From: Deltaproteobacteria bacterium
GTDB taxonomy: Bacteria; Lernaellota; Lernaellaia; JACKCT01
Length of the DNA: 64,000 nucleotides
Assembly: GCA_020845895.1 (NCBI GenBank)
Contig: JADLEX010000094.1
Coordinates: forward strand, 15,897-79,896
Reading direction: 5' to 3'
In this document: piece by piece, positions 18,812 to 31,553 of the stretch
How positions within the stretch are numbered: position 1 is the first letter of the stretch
Layout of the letters: the number at the start of each line of letters is the position of its first letter
Position numbers and translations under genes: made by a program
Notes under the pieces: model-generated
Database searches by the model: none
What the model saw: only the letters and a program-made list of their open reading frames with translations
What the model was told of the DNA's origin: nothing

Positions 18812-20942
18812 GAAGATGCCACTCGACGAGCCCGTTCGAGTGATGATCCGCCTGAAGTATCAGCCGGAACTCTCCCTTCCGCGACCCGATCTGACCTACG
18901 ACGAGGATTATCCGGAATTTGCTCTCGAAATGGAGCTTCGCCGCGCGGAAGCCATCGACGACCGTATCGCGGAGATGGACTCGCTCCAACAGGATCTCGT
19001 CGAGGAGCTTCTCGCATCCGGTGCCGAGGACATCGTTCAGTTGTGGATCATCAACGCGGTCGCGGCGACTGCGTGCGTCGAGACTATCCTTAGCGTTAAG
19101 GAGAGGCATGATATCGAGGCTATATCCGAATATTCCGAGGCAGTAAACGATTCAACCGTCGTAAAACCAACATGGGTGCGAACCAATACCCATGGCGAAA
19201 TGTTTCGAGACTATGATTTTGACGGCTCAAGATATTCGAGTCGAGGATTTAGCAGAATTACAGTCGGTGTATTGGAGTCCGCGTTTTTCGAAACCGATCA
19301 TGATGCTTTTATGGACAATCAGTCGGCTAGTAGAATTTTTGGTAAAGTAAACTGTAATTGCATTGTGCCAGTCGAGGGCACCTTCTGCCAAGATTGGGTT
19401 CTCGAACCCGACGACGGTTGCATTTTAAACGGTCCATATTGTTTTGACGATCATCGCGACTACTGTTTCTTGGAATCACCCCCAGTGCCAGAAAACAGTT
19501 CAGATTATGTTAGATACGTAAAAGACAATTTTCATGCTACGTCCGTAATGGGGATCATAGGCGCCGACTGCTTGGACAGCCAATGTTCTGCTTGGGGTGG
19601 AGACGTCGACGAGCAGGCGAAACATTCCGGCGTCGCTCCGGAAGTAGGATTAGTAAGCATTAACAGGGGAAATGGCGAAGAAAGTTTCGCGGCTGCCGTG
19701 GAAAAGATGATAAAGCTAAAGTTGGATATAGCTAATATCTCCGCAGGTTACACAGGAGGGACGTATGCTCCTTGCCCTGACGCGTTTCATGCTACTGGGC
19801 GAGATCCAGTATCGCTGGCTGCAAATAACGCATATAGAGATGGCATCTTCTTTGTAGCGTCAGCGGGAAACCACAATCCAGACGGCGATACAACAACTAG
19901 TTCCGAAGATTGCATTAATGGACCACCTATCTACTCATGGGCTTGCAGTGTGCGAGCTCCGGCCACAGCGGCAGGTGTTTTGGCCGTTGGTGCGTTTGAT
20001 TCATTTTTGGAATTTCCTTGGTGGCAGTTCGATACTTCTGGATTCGCAAAATCGTATAGTTCTCGAGGTCCGACTTATGATCGACGTGTTAAGCCAGATA
20101 TCATGGCCCCCACAGATATAGCCTGTCTGCCAAGGTTCGACGATCCTCACCGGTTTTATGATTGCGAATCGCCGTTCGACGATACCGAGCTCGGGGGAAC
20201 GAGTGCTGCCGCTCCGGTTGTCGCGGGAGCGGCAGCGGATTTGAAAGACTGGATGATTTATAACTGGGACGCGGCCACCGCAAATGACCCCGGGCGTATT
20301 TTCGCTAATATTATCAATTTTGGCGACCGGATCGATACCGGTGGACCCATGCAGTTCAGCAACACATATGGCGCAGGTCGCATTCGTTTGCGTCTTCCCA
20401 CAATTTCGGGTCTTGACACACCATGGTCGTATCGAACCTATCGCTTGAGTTTTGTCGGTGCCGGGCAATCCTACACGCTACCCTTGGGACCTAACGCCAC
20501 GACAAGCCCGATCCCCGCTAAGGCAAAACTGATCAAGGTAGCCGCATGGTGGTTCGAGCCGGAATTGGAGGCCACACCACTATCCAGCGCGCAACCGTCT
20601 CGTTTCGAGATGTGTCTTCGAAATACTGATACGATGGAAACTCATTGTGCACAATCGTACGTACCGTTGGGAGGATCGACGCTGTTGCAGGATCAAAAAA
20701 TGCATTTGATTCTCGATTCGGTTGGAAACAGTTTTCCAGCGTTCGATTCTGGGCATCCATGGAGTCTTATTTTGACCAATACTTATATGAAGTCCAGTTT
20801 TGATATTCGACAAGTGTTTCTCACGTATTTCTGGGAGGATTCCGATCGCGATGATCTTGATTGCGCACCATGCCACGATATCCGAGGTCCTGCCAGGTGT
20901 CAATGTGATTTTCAAAACAATCGGTATCTATTTTTCAAGTGA
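18525..20942 (+). CDS. S8 subtilisin-like serine protease (catalytic and Cys-rich part; probably joined to 18236 by a frameshift)
   Basis: ITVGVLES (Glu at the Asp position), FHATSVMG (His), FVASAGN (oxyanion Asn), GGTSAAAPVVAG (Ser). Confidence 0.85.
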   Translation: MTPGQRMAASSSFTLRGLIPLPTKKGEYGYRAFTALTPADSQRWTARDYESFLRESGLSEDEIARRVQNFNRPTPNGFTADSDNSPLMPEFLAELEKMPLDEPVRVMIRLKYQPELSLPRPDLTYDEDYPEFALEMELRRAEAIDDRIAEMDSLQQDLVEELLASGAEDIVQLWIINAVAATACVETILSVKERHDIEAISEYSEAVNDSTVVKPTWVRTNTHGEMFRDYDFDGSRYSSRGFSRITVGVLESAFFETDHDAFMDNQSASRIFGKVNCNCIVPVEGTFCQDWVLEPDDGCILNGPYCFDDHRDYCFLESPPVPENSSDYVRYVKDNFHATSVMGIIGADCLDSQCSAWGGDVDEQAKHSGVAPEVGLVSINRGNGEESFAAAVEKMIKLKLDIANISAGYTGGTYAPCPDAFHATGRDPVSLAANNAYRDGIFFVASAGNHNPDGDTTTSSEDCINGPPIYSWACSVRAPATAAGVLAVGAFDSFLEFPWWQFDTSGFAKSYSSRGPTYDRRVKPDIMAPTDIACLPRFDDPHRFYDCESPFDDTELGGTSAAAPVVAGAAADLKDWMIYNWDAATANDPGRIFANIINFGDRIDTGGPMQFSNTYGAGRIRLRLPTISGLDTPWSYRTYRLSFVGAGQSYTLPLGPNATTSPIPAKAKLIKVAAWWFEPELEATPLSSAQPSRFEMCLRNTDTMETHCAQSYVPLGGSTLLQDQKMHLILDSVGNSFPAFDSGHPWSLILTNTYMKSSFDIRQVFLTYFWEDSDRDDLDCAPCHDIRGPARCQCDFQNNRYLFFK

Positions 20943-20950
20943 GGTGTGCA

Positions 20951-21670
20951 ATGAATGCAAAACCATTGCAGTCGGCGACGACAATATGTATTATTATAAT
21001 TATGGCACTTGCATGTGAAGTCCAGAATCGCGGGTCGCGGGATGCCGAAACGGATGCCGAACGAGATGTGGACATAGAGGTTCGACATTTTCAGAGTGAC
21101 GATGAATCGTGTGAGGCGCTCGGTTATCCGAATTTCCGAAATCAAGCAACTACTGTGAACGTATGCTTGGAGTCTCTCGACGACTCCGATAATCGTGCGT
21201 GCTTCGACGGACACAACACCGGATCAATTCTTTCATGTCGAACGAACGACCCGGCGCAAGAACGATACTCGATGAGTATTTTCAAGAGCCAAAGTGATAT
21301 CGATGAATGTGATTACGCCGGACAGAGTTATTCTGTGTTTGTAGATGCGAACTTCAATTCGGAGGACGTCGTTTCGCTCGTCGAACTCTGCCACTCCTGC
21401 CGCCTCGACATCTGTCAAGTGGAATTCACGGAGTCTCGCATTGAATTCGCGGCGGTCGCCTTGGACTGCCCCGTGCTGCAGGACCCTGGGACGGACGACA
21501 AGTCGCGGCCCGCAGCGAAGGCGTTTCCGGAAGGGAACCCGAGTAATCACGTTCATGCGGTTCGAATTCCGAAGTCCGACCTGCCGATCCACGTGACGAT
21601 CTACACCCAGGAACCGGAGACGGAGGAGGCGTGCTGGTACCCGGACGTACCGCCGCTGCCGGCATCATGA
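20951..21670 (+). CDS. Cys-rich hypothetical lipoprotein
   Basis: RBS GAGGTG, lipobox MALA-C, many Cys; abuts the S8 stop. Confidence 0.6.
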   Translation: MNAKPLQSATTICIIIIMALACEVQNRGSRDAETDAERDVDIEVRHFQSDDESCEALGYPNFRNQATTVNVCLESLDDSDNRACFDGHNTGSILSCRTNDPAQERYSMSIFKSQSDIDECDYAGQSYSVFVDANFNSEDVVSLVELCHSCRLDICQVEFTESRIEFAAVALDCPVLQDPGTDDKSRPAAKAFPEGNPSNHVHAVRIPKSDLPIHVTIYTQEPETEEACWYPDVPPLPAS

Positions 21671-22236
21671 CGCGCCGCCGAGTCGTTTGGTCGCTCGCCG
21701 CGATGCTGATGCTCGCAGCCTTCATCGCGGGTGCGTTGGCGATGGCGATGGGGACCGGCCGATCGGCGACACCGACGGCGGATAGCGGCGTCGAGAGCGC
21801 GATCGTGGCGCGCGTGAACGGTGTGCCGATCACGATTGCCGAACTGGAGCGCGCGATGGCCGCACTTCGGGAATCGTCGCGTGGGAATAATTTCGCCGCG
21901 TGGCGCGCCCGTGTGCTGGATTCCCTCATCAACGCTGAACTGTTTCGGCAGGCTGCGCGAGCCCGCGATGGCGACGATACCGCGCCGCCGGAAGCCGTGC
22001 GCGACGCGATCGAAGACGCCCGGGCCGAGAGCTTCGCTCAACCCTCGAACGCAAAGGAAGCGGGCGTCGATTTGTCAGCCGGCCATTTCGTCGATCGGGA
22101 CGAATACAAGCGCGACCTGAGTGTCACGCGCGAAACGGCCCGCCGGTATCGCGAGCGTGTCGAGGCGCTGCGCCGGAGTGCAAACCTCGAGGTCGATGAG
22201 ACCGCTCTGGCAGCGGCGGGTATCCGTCCGAGATGA
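21667..22236 (+). CDS. SurA/PrsA N-terminal-domain chaperone-like protein without a parvulin domain
   Basis: TM/signal, then IVARVNGVPIT..EL, VLDSLINAELFRQAA, and C-terminal ERVEALRRSANLEV. Confidence 0.65.
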   Translation: MTRRRVVWSLAAMLMLAAFIAGALAMAMGTGRSATPTADSGVESAIVARVNGVPITIAELERAMAALRESSRGNNFAAWRARVLDSLINAELFRQAARARDGDDTAPPEAVRDAIEDARAESFAQPSNAKEAGVDLSAGHFVDRDEYKRDLSVTRETARRYRERVEALRRSANLEVDETALAAAGIRPR

Positions 22237-22303
22237 TCGTCCGCGCGCTTGCGTTTTCGGGGGTGCGTGCGTAAAACCTCGGCCGAGGGGGTCGGGCCTG
22301 ACC

Positions 22304-22621
22304 ATGAAGCGCGTTTGCACGGCGTGTCACGCCGTTTCCGACATCGATGGCGACACGTGTCCGCGCTGCGGCGGAAACGCCGTCACGCTCGACGCGTGGC
22401 GCAACTTGCGCGCGCAGATTCCGCCGGCGGGCGCACCCTCTCCCGCGTCGCCTAATCCGACCGAAGCCACGACCGTTCGGCTTTCGATGTCGAAGCCGTC
22501 GGGGCGCGGCGAGGCCGAGCGCGGCGACGGCACGGCATTCGTGCTTGGAATGTTCCTGTCCTTCCTGTGTTTCGCCATCGCGTTCATCACGGTCTACGTC
22601 GTCATCGACTGGATCGGGTGA
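22304..22621 (+). CDS. Small zinc-ribbon protein with a C-terminal membrane anchor
   Basis: CTAC...CPRCG, Pro-rich linker, hydrophobic C-terminus FVLGMFLSFLCFAIAFITVYVVI. Confidence 0.6.
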   Translation: MKRVCTACHAVSDIDGDTCPRCGGNAVTLDAWRNLRAQIPPAGAPSPASPNPTEATTVRLSMSKPSGRGEAERGDGTAFVLGMFLSFLCFAIAFITVYVVIDWIG

Positions 22622-22730
22622 ACGCCAGACGGCAGTTTCAGACACCTTCCCGGCATTCCTTTCCTCTGAGAACCTTCGCGCACTCCAAAATAATCTCAAT
22701 AAATCCAGCAGCTTAGGTTCGCATTCCACT

Positions 22731-22746
22731 CGGCATCCGAATTGCT
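22731..22746 (+). promoter_or_regulatory. Sigma-54 (-24/-12) promoter of flgB
   Basis: CGGCATCCGAATTGCT: GG(22732-33)-N10-GC(22744-45) with TTGC; preceded by an AT-rich tract. Confidence 0.75.
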
Positions 22747-22770
22747 TTGTTCCGGGCCGGAGGTGAGTTC

Positions 22771-23187
22771 ATGGGGATCGAGAGTTTTCTGTTCGACAGT
22801 CCCGTCTACCGCGCGCTGGAGCGGAATCTGGAGTTCCAGACCAAGCGCATGGAAGCGGCCAGTTCGAACATCGCGAATATGGATACACCGGACTACCGAG
22901 CTGTCGAGGTCTCCTTCGAGCAGCGACTCTCGACGGAAATTCGCCGAGTGAACCCCGAGATCCCCGTCTCCACGAATCCCCGGCACTTCGGTCTCTCCCT
23001 CATGGCCGACCGCCCCGTCGCGATCACCGAATCGAGCGACCGGTCGATGCGCGTGGACGGCAACACGGTGGACATGGATCAGGAACTGATGTCCCTCGCG
23101 ACCGCCCAACTCGAATACTCCGCTTCCGTCACGGGCCTTTCGCGCAAGTACAGCCTTCTCGCCACAGCCATCCAGAGCCGGTTCTAG
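22771..23187 (+). CDS. flgB: Flagellar basal-body rod protein FlgB
   Basis: SSNIANMDTPDYR, RVDGNTVDMDQE..LA..QLEY; RBS GGAGGTG. Confidence 0.88.
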   Translation: MGIESFLFDSPVYRALERNLEFQTKRMEAASSNIANMDTPDYRAVEVSFEQRLSTEIRRVNPEIPVSTNPRHFGLSLMADRPVAITESSDRSMRVDGNTVDMDQELMSLATAQLEYSASVTGLSRKYSLLATAIQSRF

Positions 23188-23273
23188 CCGGTCCCCGTGC
23201 CCTCGTTCCTGCCCGGCGGCCCTTTTGCGTCCGCGGGCCAAATCTGTTAACACGTCGGCGGCCAGAAAAAGGG

Positions 23274-24275
23274 GTGCGCGGCGTGCGTGCGAATCGGAAA
23301 ACCGATCGGCGGATTTGCGTGGCGATGGCGCTGGTCGGCGCGGTCGCGGCGCTCGCGTTCGCCCTGGCGGCGTGCAAGCTCGGCCCGTCCGAAACCGCGC
23401 CGACCTTCGCCGAGGGTGTGCTCGTCACCGTGAACGGCGAGGCCATCACCGTGGACGACTTCCACGCCGCCTTCGCCAAGGCATCGAAAGGCAAGTCCGG
23501 AGTGCCCGACGACCCGCCCACGCAGCTCACGATCAAGGGCTTGTTCCTCTCGGAACTCGTGGACAAGAAACTTCTCGAGCAGCAGGCCGCAACGCTCGGG
23601 ATCGCCGTGACCGATTCGGAGATCCAAGAGCGCGTGACGAAACTCGCCGCCGATTATCCCGCCGGCGAATTCGAGAAAATGATGGCGGATCGCCAGGTGG
23701 ACGCGGCCGGGCTTCGTGCGCAAGTGGCCGGTCAGATCCTCGTCGATCGCATTGTGGAAAAGGCGATCGCGCCATCGGTGCAGATCTCGCCGTCCGAAGT
23801 CGAGGCCGACTACATCTACCATCAGGACGAATACCGCGAGCCCGAACGCGTGCGCGCGAGCCAGATCCTCGTCAAGACCGAGGTCGAGGCCGAAGGACTG
23901 GTCGCGCAGCTTTACGCCGGGGGCGATTTTGCCCAGCTCGCCCGCGAACGCTCCATCGCCCCCGAGGCGCAGACCGGCGGCGATCTGGGCTTTTTCGGCG
24001 AGGGCGAGATGCCCGAGGCCATCAGCCAGGCCGCGTTCAACATGGCGGTCGGGCAGACCTCGGGCGTGTTGCGCACGCCGTTCGGATTCCACATCATCCG
24101 CCTCACCGACCGCCGGCCCGAGCACAATATCGCCTTCGAGACGGTGCGCGATCGGATCGCCGAGAAAATCCGGCAGAAAAAAGCGCAGGACGGCCTGCAA
24201 AGCTATCTCGAAAAGGTGCGCGCCGCGGCCGAGATCCGTTACAATCAGGCGCTCATCACGGAGATGTCATTTTGA
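23274..24275 (+). CDS. Parvulin-type peptidyl-prolyl isomerase (PrsA/SurA-like lipoprotein)
   Basis: Lipobox LAA-C, ERVRASQILV, GDFAQLARERS, GGDLGFF, TPFGFHII; start may be ATG 23325. Confidence 0.88.
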   Translation: MRGVRANRKTDRRICVAMALVGAVAALAFALAACKLGPSETAPTFAEGVLVTVNGEAITVDDFHAAFAKASKGKSGVPDDPPTQLTIKGLFLSELVDKKLLEQQAATLGIAVTDSEIQERVTKLAADYPAGEFEKMMADRQVDAAGLRAQVAGQILVDRIVEKAIAPSVQISPSEVEADYIYHQDEYREPERVRASQILVKTEVEAEGLVAQLYAGGDFAQLARERSIAPEAQTGGDLGFFGEGEMPEAISQAAFNMAVGQTSGVLRTPFGFHIIRLTDRRPEHNIAFETVRDRIAEKIRQKKAQDGLQSYLEKVRAAAEIRYNQALITEMSF

Positions 24276-25267
24276 ATCGCTTCGTTGCCATTCTCCTCGC
24301 AATCGCGGTCGCGCTCGTCGCGACGGTCGCCGACGCCGAGGTCGTCAACCGAATCGCGGCTATCGTCGACGACGAAATCATCACCGTGTGGCAGGTCGAG
24401 CGCGAGTCCCGCCCGGTCGTTGCGGCCTATCTGGCCGCGTCGGAAGAGGACACCGCCGAACAGCGCGCCGCGCGCGTGAGCGAGATCAAAGCCGACATCA
24501 TGCGCCGGATGATTGAAAACATTCTGCTCGAACGCGAAGTCGCCCGCTTGGGATTTCCGGTCGAGGAAGCGGATATCGACAAGTACATCGACCGCATTCT
24601 CGCGGGTAACCGCATGACGCGCGAGCAGCTCTCCGAGACGCTGGCGCGCGAGGGCAAAACGCTCGACGACATGCGCGACCAGATCCGAAAGCAGATCATG
24701 CGCGAGCGCTACGTGAGTTTCCGCATGAAGGATCGCATCGCCGTCTCCGAGGACGAGGCCCGCTCCTACTATCAAGCGAATCCGGATCAGTTCGTGGACG
24801 ACACGCGGATCACGCTCGCGGAGATCCGTTTCAACCTGCCGCCCGACGCCGATCCCGAGGCCGTGCGCGGCATCTTCGACCTCTCGGCGCAGACCTACGA
24901 GAACCTGCTCACGGGTGCGGACTTCGAACAGACGGCGAAGACCGTGTCGCAGGGGCCGACGGCGAAAAACGGCGGATTTCTGGGCTCGTTCCTCATGAGC
25001 AAGGACCTCAAGCCCACCTACCAGCGCGCCGCGGAGACCCTGGAGCCCGGGCAGATTTCCACCGTTTATCGCGATACGGTGGGTTTCTTCATTCTCAAAT
25101 GCCTGGAACGCACGGCGTCGGGCACGCGACCGTTCGAGGACGTGCGCGAGCAGATCGAGATGAAGTTGCGCAAGGACCTGTCCGAGCGCGAGATGCGCAA
25201 GCTCGCGCAGGAGCTCTACAAGAAGAGCTTCGTCGACATCAAGGTCAAGGAGTTTCCGGGAAACTGA
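24272..25267 (+). CDS. surA: Periplasmic chaperone SurA-like PPIase
   Basis: AEVVNRIAAIVDDEIIT, ADFEQTAK..SQGPTA.NGGFLG; TTG start overlapping the upstream stop; followed by pdxA. Confidence 0.82.
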   Translation: MNRFVAILLAIAVALVATVADAEVVNRIAAIVDDEIITVWQVERESRPVVAAYLAASEEDTAEQRAARVSEIKADIMRRMIENILLEREVARLGFPVEEADIDKYIDRILAGNRMTREQLSETLAREGKTLDDMRDQIRKQIMRERYVSFRMKDRIAVSEDEARSYYQANPDQFVDDTRITLAEIRFNLPPDADPEAVRGIFDLSAQTYENLLTGADFEQTAKTVSQGPTAKNGGFLGSFLMSKDLKPTYQRAAETLEPGQISTVYRDTVGFFILKCLERTASGTRPFEDVREQIEMKLRKDLSEREMRKLAQELYKKSFVDIKVKEFPGN

Positions 25268-25282
25268 TCGCCCGGCCACGCG

Positions 25283-26245
25283 ATGGGCACCGACGACAAA
25301 TTCTCGATCGCCATCACGATGGGGGATCCGCTCGGTATCGGTCCCGAAGTGATCGCGAAGTCGCTGCACATCGCCGAGGCCATCGCGCGACCCGTCCTCA
25401 TCGGCATTCCCGACATTCTCCGAGACGCTATTCGCAAATACAGTGACGAGTCCGTCGCGGTACGCGCCGACGAGTTCTCGATCGTGGCGCCCGAAAGTCC
25501 CACGGGCGATTCCCCCGCGGCGCGCGGAAGATTGCAGGCCGAGTGCATCGAGATCGCCGTGGCCATGACGATGCGGGGCGAGACCGCGGCGATCGTCACC
25601 GCGCCGAGCAGCAAGGCGAAATTCGACGCGGCGGGCGTGGACGTCCCCGGCCAGACCGAGCTGATCGCCCGTCTGTGCGGCGCCGAGACGCCCGTGATGA
25701 TGTTGGCCGGGAAAAAACTGCGCGTCGTTCCCCTCACGACGCACTGCCCCGTCGTAGAGGTTCCTTCCCGTCTCTCGATCGAAATGATCGTGCGACAACT
25801 GCGCGTGATCGACGCGGACCTTCGGCGCTGGTTCGGCATCGGTCGGGCGCGCATCGCGCTCACGGGTCTGAATCCGCACGCGGGGGAGGGCGGTTTATTC
25901 GGGCGCGAGGAGATCGAGATTCTCGCACCCGCGGCAGCCCTCGCGCGCAGCGAAGGCATCGACGTCACCGACCCGCAGCCGGCGGACACCGCGTTCCACT
26001 TCGCGGTGCGCGGCCGGCACGATGTCGTCGTCGCGCCCACGCACGATCAAGCGCTCATTCCGCTCAAGCTCCTGCACTTCGACGACGGCGTGAACCTGAC
26101 GCTCGGCCTGCCGTTTCCGCGTACGTCTCCCGACCACGGCACCGCACCCGACATTGCCGGACGAGGAATTGCGAATCCCGCGAGCATGATCGCCGCCATC
26201 CATACGGCGGTGGCGATGGCGCGGCGAGGTTCACCGGGACGGTGA
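25283..26245 (+). CDS. pdxA: 4-hydroxythreonine-4-phosphate dehydrogenase
   Basis: ITMGDPLGIGPE, PGQTE, TTHCP, GLNPHAGE, HDQALIP, RTSPDHGTA.DIAG. Confidence 0.95.
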   Translation: MGTDDKFSIAITMGDPLGIGPEVIAKSLHIAEAIARPVLIGIPDILRDAIRKYSDESVAVRADEFSIVAPESPTGDSPAARGRLQAECIEIAVAMTMRGETAAIVTAPSSKAKFDAAGVDVPGQTELIARLCGAETPVMMLAGKKLRVVPLTTHCPVVEVPSRLSIEMIVRQLRVIDADLRRWFGIGRARIALTGLNPHAGEGGLFGREEIEILAPAAALARSEGIDVTDPQPADTAFHFAVRGRHDVVVAPTHDQALIPLKLLHFDDGVNLTLGLPFPRTSPDHGTAPDIAGRGIANPASMIAAIHTAVAMARRGSPGR

Positions 26246-26395
26246 ACCCGACCATCGCCAACCCCAAACGGGTCAAAAATATGGACCGATCAGGCAGTTA
26301 ATCGGTCATGTTTTCGTGCCGATTTCATCGTTCGGCACGCTCCCTCCACCGCGCGAGTGTGCTATAAGACGGCGCTCTCGGGGGGCGTCGTCGGG

Positions 26396-29301
<2,906 letters not shown>

Positions 29302-29305
<4 letters not shown>

Positions 29306-30471
29306 GCGGTGAGCGATGCGAACGCGCTCGCGACGGCGGCCATGTCGTCGTCGGTGTGACCGGCGCACGCGGTGAGGCGGATGCGGCTCGTGCCTCGCGG
29401 CACCGTGGGGGGGCGGATCGCCCGAGCGAGCACGCCGCGATCGAAGAGCCGTTGCGACGCGTCGAGGGCATCGGCTTCCGCTCCGATGACAAAGGGCACG
29501 ACCGCGCCGGAGACCTCGGGCCGTGCATGGCCGGTCGACTCCACGAGGTCGGCGAGTTCACCCGCACGTCCGCGCACGCGCGAGGCGAGATCCGAACCCT
29601 CGGCGCGAATGATGCGCAGCGCTTCGTGCGCCGCGCCGACCGCAGCGGGCGGCAACGCGGTCGAAAAGATCGCGCTGCGGGCGTGGTTGATGAGCGCATC
29701 GCGAAGCGCGGCGCTGCCGGCGACGAACGCGCCGAACGATCCGAACGCCTTGCCGAAGGTGCCGACCACGAGATCCACGCGCTCGATCAGGCCGAGCGAC
29801 GCCGCAAGGCCGCGCCCGTCGCCGACCACGCCGAGCGCGTGCGCTTCGTCGAGAGCCAGCGCGGCATCGTGGCGCTCGCAGATCTCCACGAGCGCGGCGA
29901 GATCGGGCGCATCGCCGTCCATGGAAAAAATCGTCTCGGTGATGACCATCGCCATCCGGTAACGCGACCGGTGTTCGGCGAGGAGCGCGTCGAGCTGCGC
30001 GAGGTCGCAGTGCCGATAAATCATTCGCGTCGCGCGCGACAGGCGGCAGCCGTCGATCAGGCTCGCGTGGTTCAGTTCGTCCGATAGCACCAGGTCGCCG
30101 TCGTCGCAAAGCGCCGGGATGAAACCCGTGTTGGCGTGGTAGCCGGACCCGAAGAGCAGCGCGGTGTCCGTGCCCAGCCACTCGGCGAGGTCGTGTTCGA
30201 GGGCGACATAGGACGGCGGATTGCCCGTGACGAGGCGGCTTGCTCCCGCGCCCGCGCCCTCATCGCTCGCGGCGCGTGAGGCGGCGGCCGTCACGCGCTC
30301 ATCACGCGACAGGGCGAGGTAGTCGTTGCCGCACAGGTTGACGAGTTCGCGCCCATCGAGCGCGACGCGGGGTCCCGGCGGCGACTGGAGCGCGAGGAGT
30401 TCGCGGTGAAGTCCGGCGCGCCACGTCCGCCTGGACAGCTCGTCAAGACGCTGTTGCAGAGACGAATTCAA
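29302..30471 (-). CDS. bioF: 8-amino-7-oxononanoate synthase
   Basis: [47 protein letters not shown] (PLP Lys), AIRPPTVP. Confidence 0.93.
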
Positions 30472-31540
30472 CGCGCGTCACCGATTCCGTCGCGGCAGGG
30501 GTCGGCCGCGTCGCGTCGACCGCGCCATGACCGTGCGATTCGCACGGGCGGATGCGCAATCCCAGTTCCTCGATCATGGCATGATCGGCGGTCGCGCCGC
30601 GCCCTTTGGTGGTGAGGTAATCGCCGATCATCATGCCCGACGCACCCGCGCGAAAGATTTCTTTTTGGTCGTCGCCGAGGTTCACTTCGCGTCCGCCGCA
30701 CACGAGCACCTGTTTTGTCGGCAGAATGTGGCGCGCGAGGGCGATGATCTTGAGTGCGTCGCGGGAAGACAGCTCGCGGAATTCGGCGAACGGCGTGCCG
30801 GGTCGAGGATTTAAGTAGTTGATCGGCACGGAATCGACGTCGATGTCGCGCAAAAGCATGAGCAGTTCGACGCGCTGCGCCCACGTCTCGCCCATGCCGA
30901 AGATTCCGCCCGAGCACACGAACATACCCTGGCGCTTGGCGGCTTTCACCGATTCGACGTTCACCGAATACGGTCGCGTCGTGCACACTTCGCCGTAATG
31001 GCTCTCGGCGGTTTCGAGATTGTGGTGGAACATGGACATGCCGGCCTCGCGGAGCTGCGCGAGTTCGTCGTCGCCCACCACTCCCAGCGATCCGCACGGC
31101 GCGAGACCGGTTTCGCGAATGATGTCGGGAATCACCGACTTGAGTACTTCGAGTTCCGTCGTGCGAATCTTCTTGCCGGCAACCACCGTCGAAAACTCGC
31201 GCGCGCCCAGCGCTTTGGCCCGGTGCGCGGCTTCGAGGATCTTCTCACGACCGATGAACGCGTATTCGGGCGTCTCGGTCTCGTAGTGCGCCGACTGCGC
31301 GCAGAACTTGCAGTCTTCGCCGCAGTGGCCCGACTTGGCGTTGACGATCGCGCACAGCGTGACCTCGTCGCCGCGATGGGCACGGCGCAGCTTTTCGGCG
31401 CCGTCGAGCAGCGCCTCGAACGACTCGTCGTCGGGCGTGAAAATCAGCGCCAGGGCCTCATCGGCCGTCAAGGGGCGCTCGGCCGCGGTCGCGGACAGTC
31501 GGCGGATTTCGTCGGCGTACGGGATTTCGTCGGCGGACAT
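30443..31540 (-). CDS. bioB: Biotin synthase
   Basis: NAKSGHCGEDCKFCAQS radical-SAM motif, HHNLET, CSGGIFGMGE, GDYLTT. Confidence 0.95.
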   Translation of the reverse strand: MSADEIPYADEIRRLSATAAERPLTADEALALIFTPDDESFEALLDGAEKLRRAHRGDEVTLCAIVNAKSGHCGEDCKFCAQSAHYETETPEYAFIGREKILEAAHRAKALGAREFSTVVAGKKIRTTELEVLKSVIPDIIRETGLAPCGSLGVVGDDELAQLREAGMSMFHHNLETAESHYGEVCTTRPYSVNVESVKAAKRQGMFVCSGGIFGMGETWAQRVELLMLLRDIDVDSVPINYLNPRPGTPFAEFRELSSRDALKIIALARHILPTKQVLVCGGREVNLGDDQKEIFRAGASGMMIGDYLTTKGRGATADHAMIEELGLRIRPCESHGHGAVDATRPTPAATESVTRVEFVSATAS

Positions 31541-31553
31541 CCGGGGTCTCCGG

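Noticed and set aside
26284-26339. Two inverted repeats before uvrA (GACCGAT-N10-ATCGGTC; CGTGCCGA-N9-TCGGCACG) as a LexA box
   Set aside because: No match to a LexA consensus I know, not repeated before uvrB, and more simply explained as pdxA terminator hairpins.
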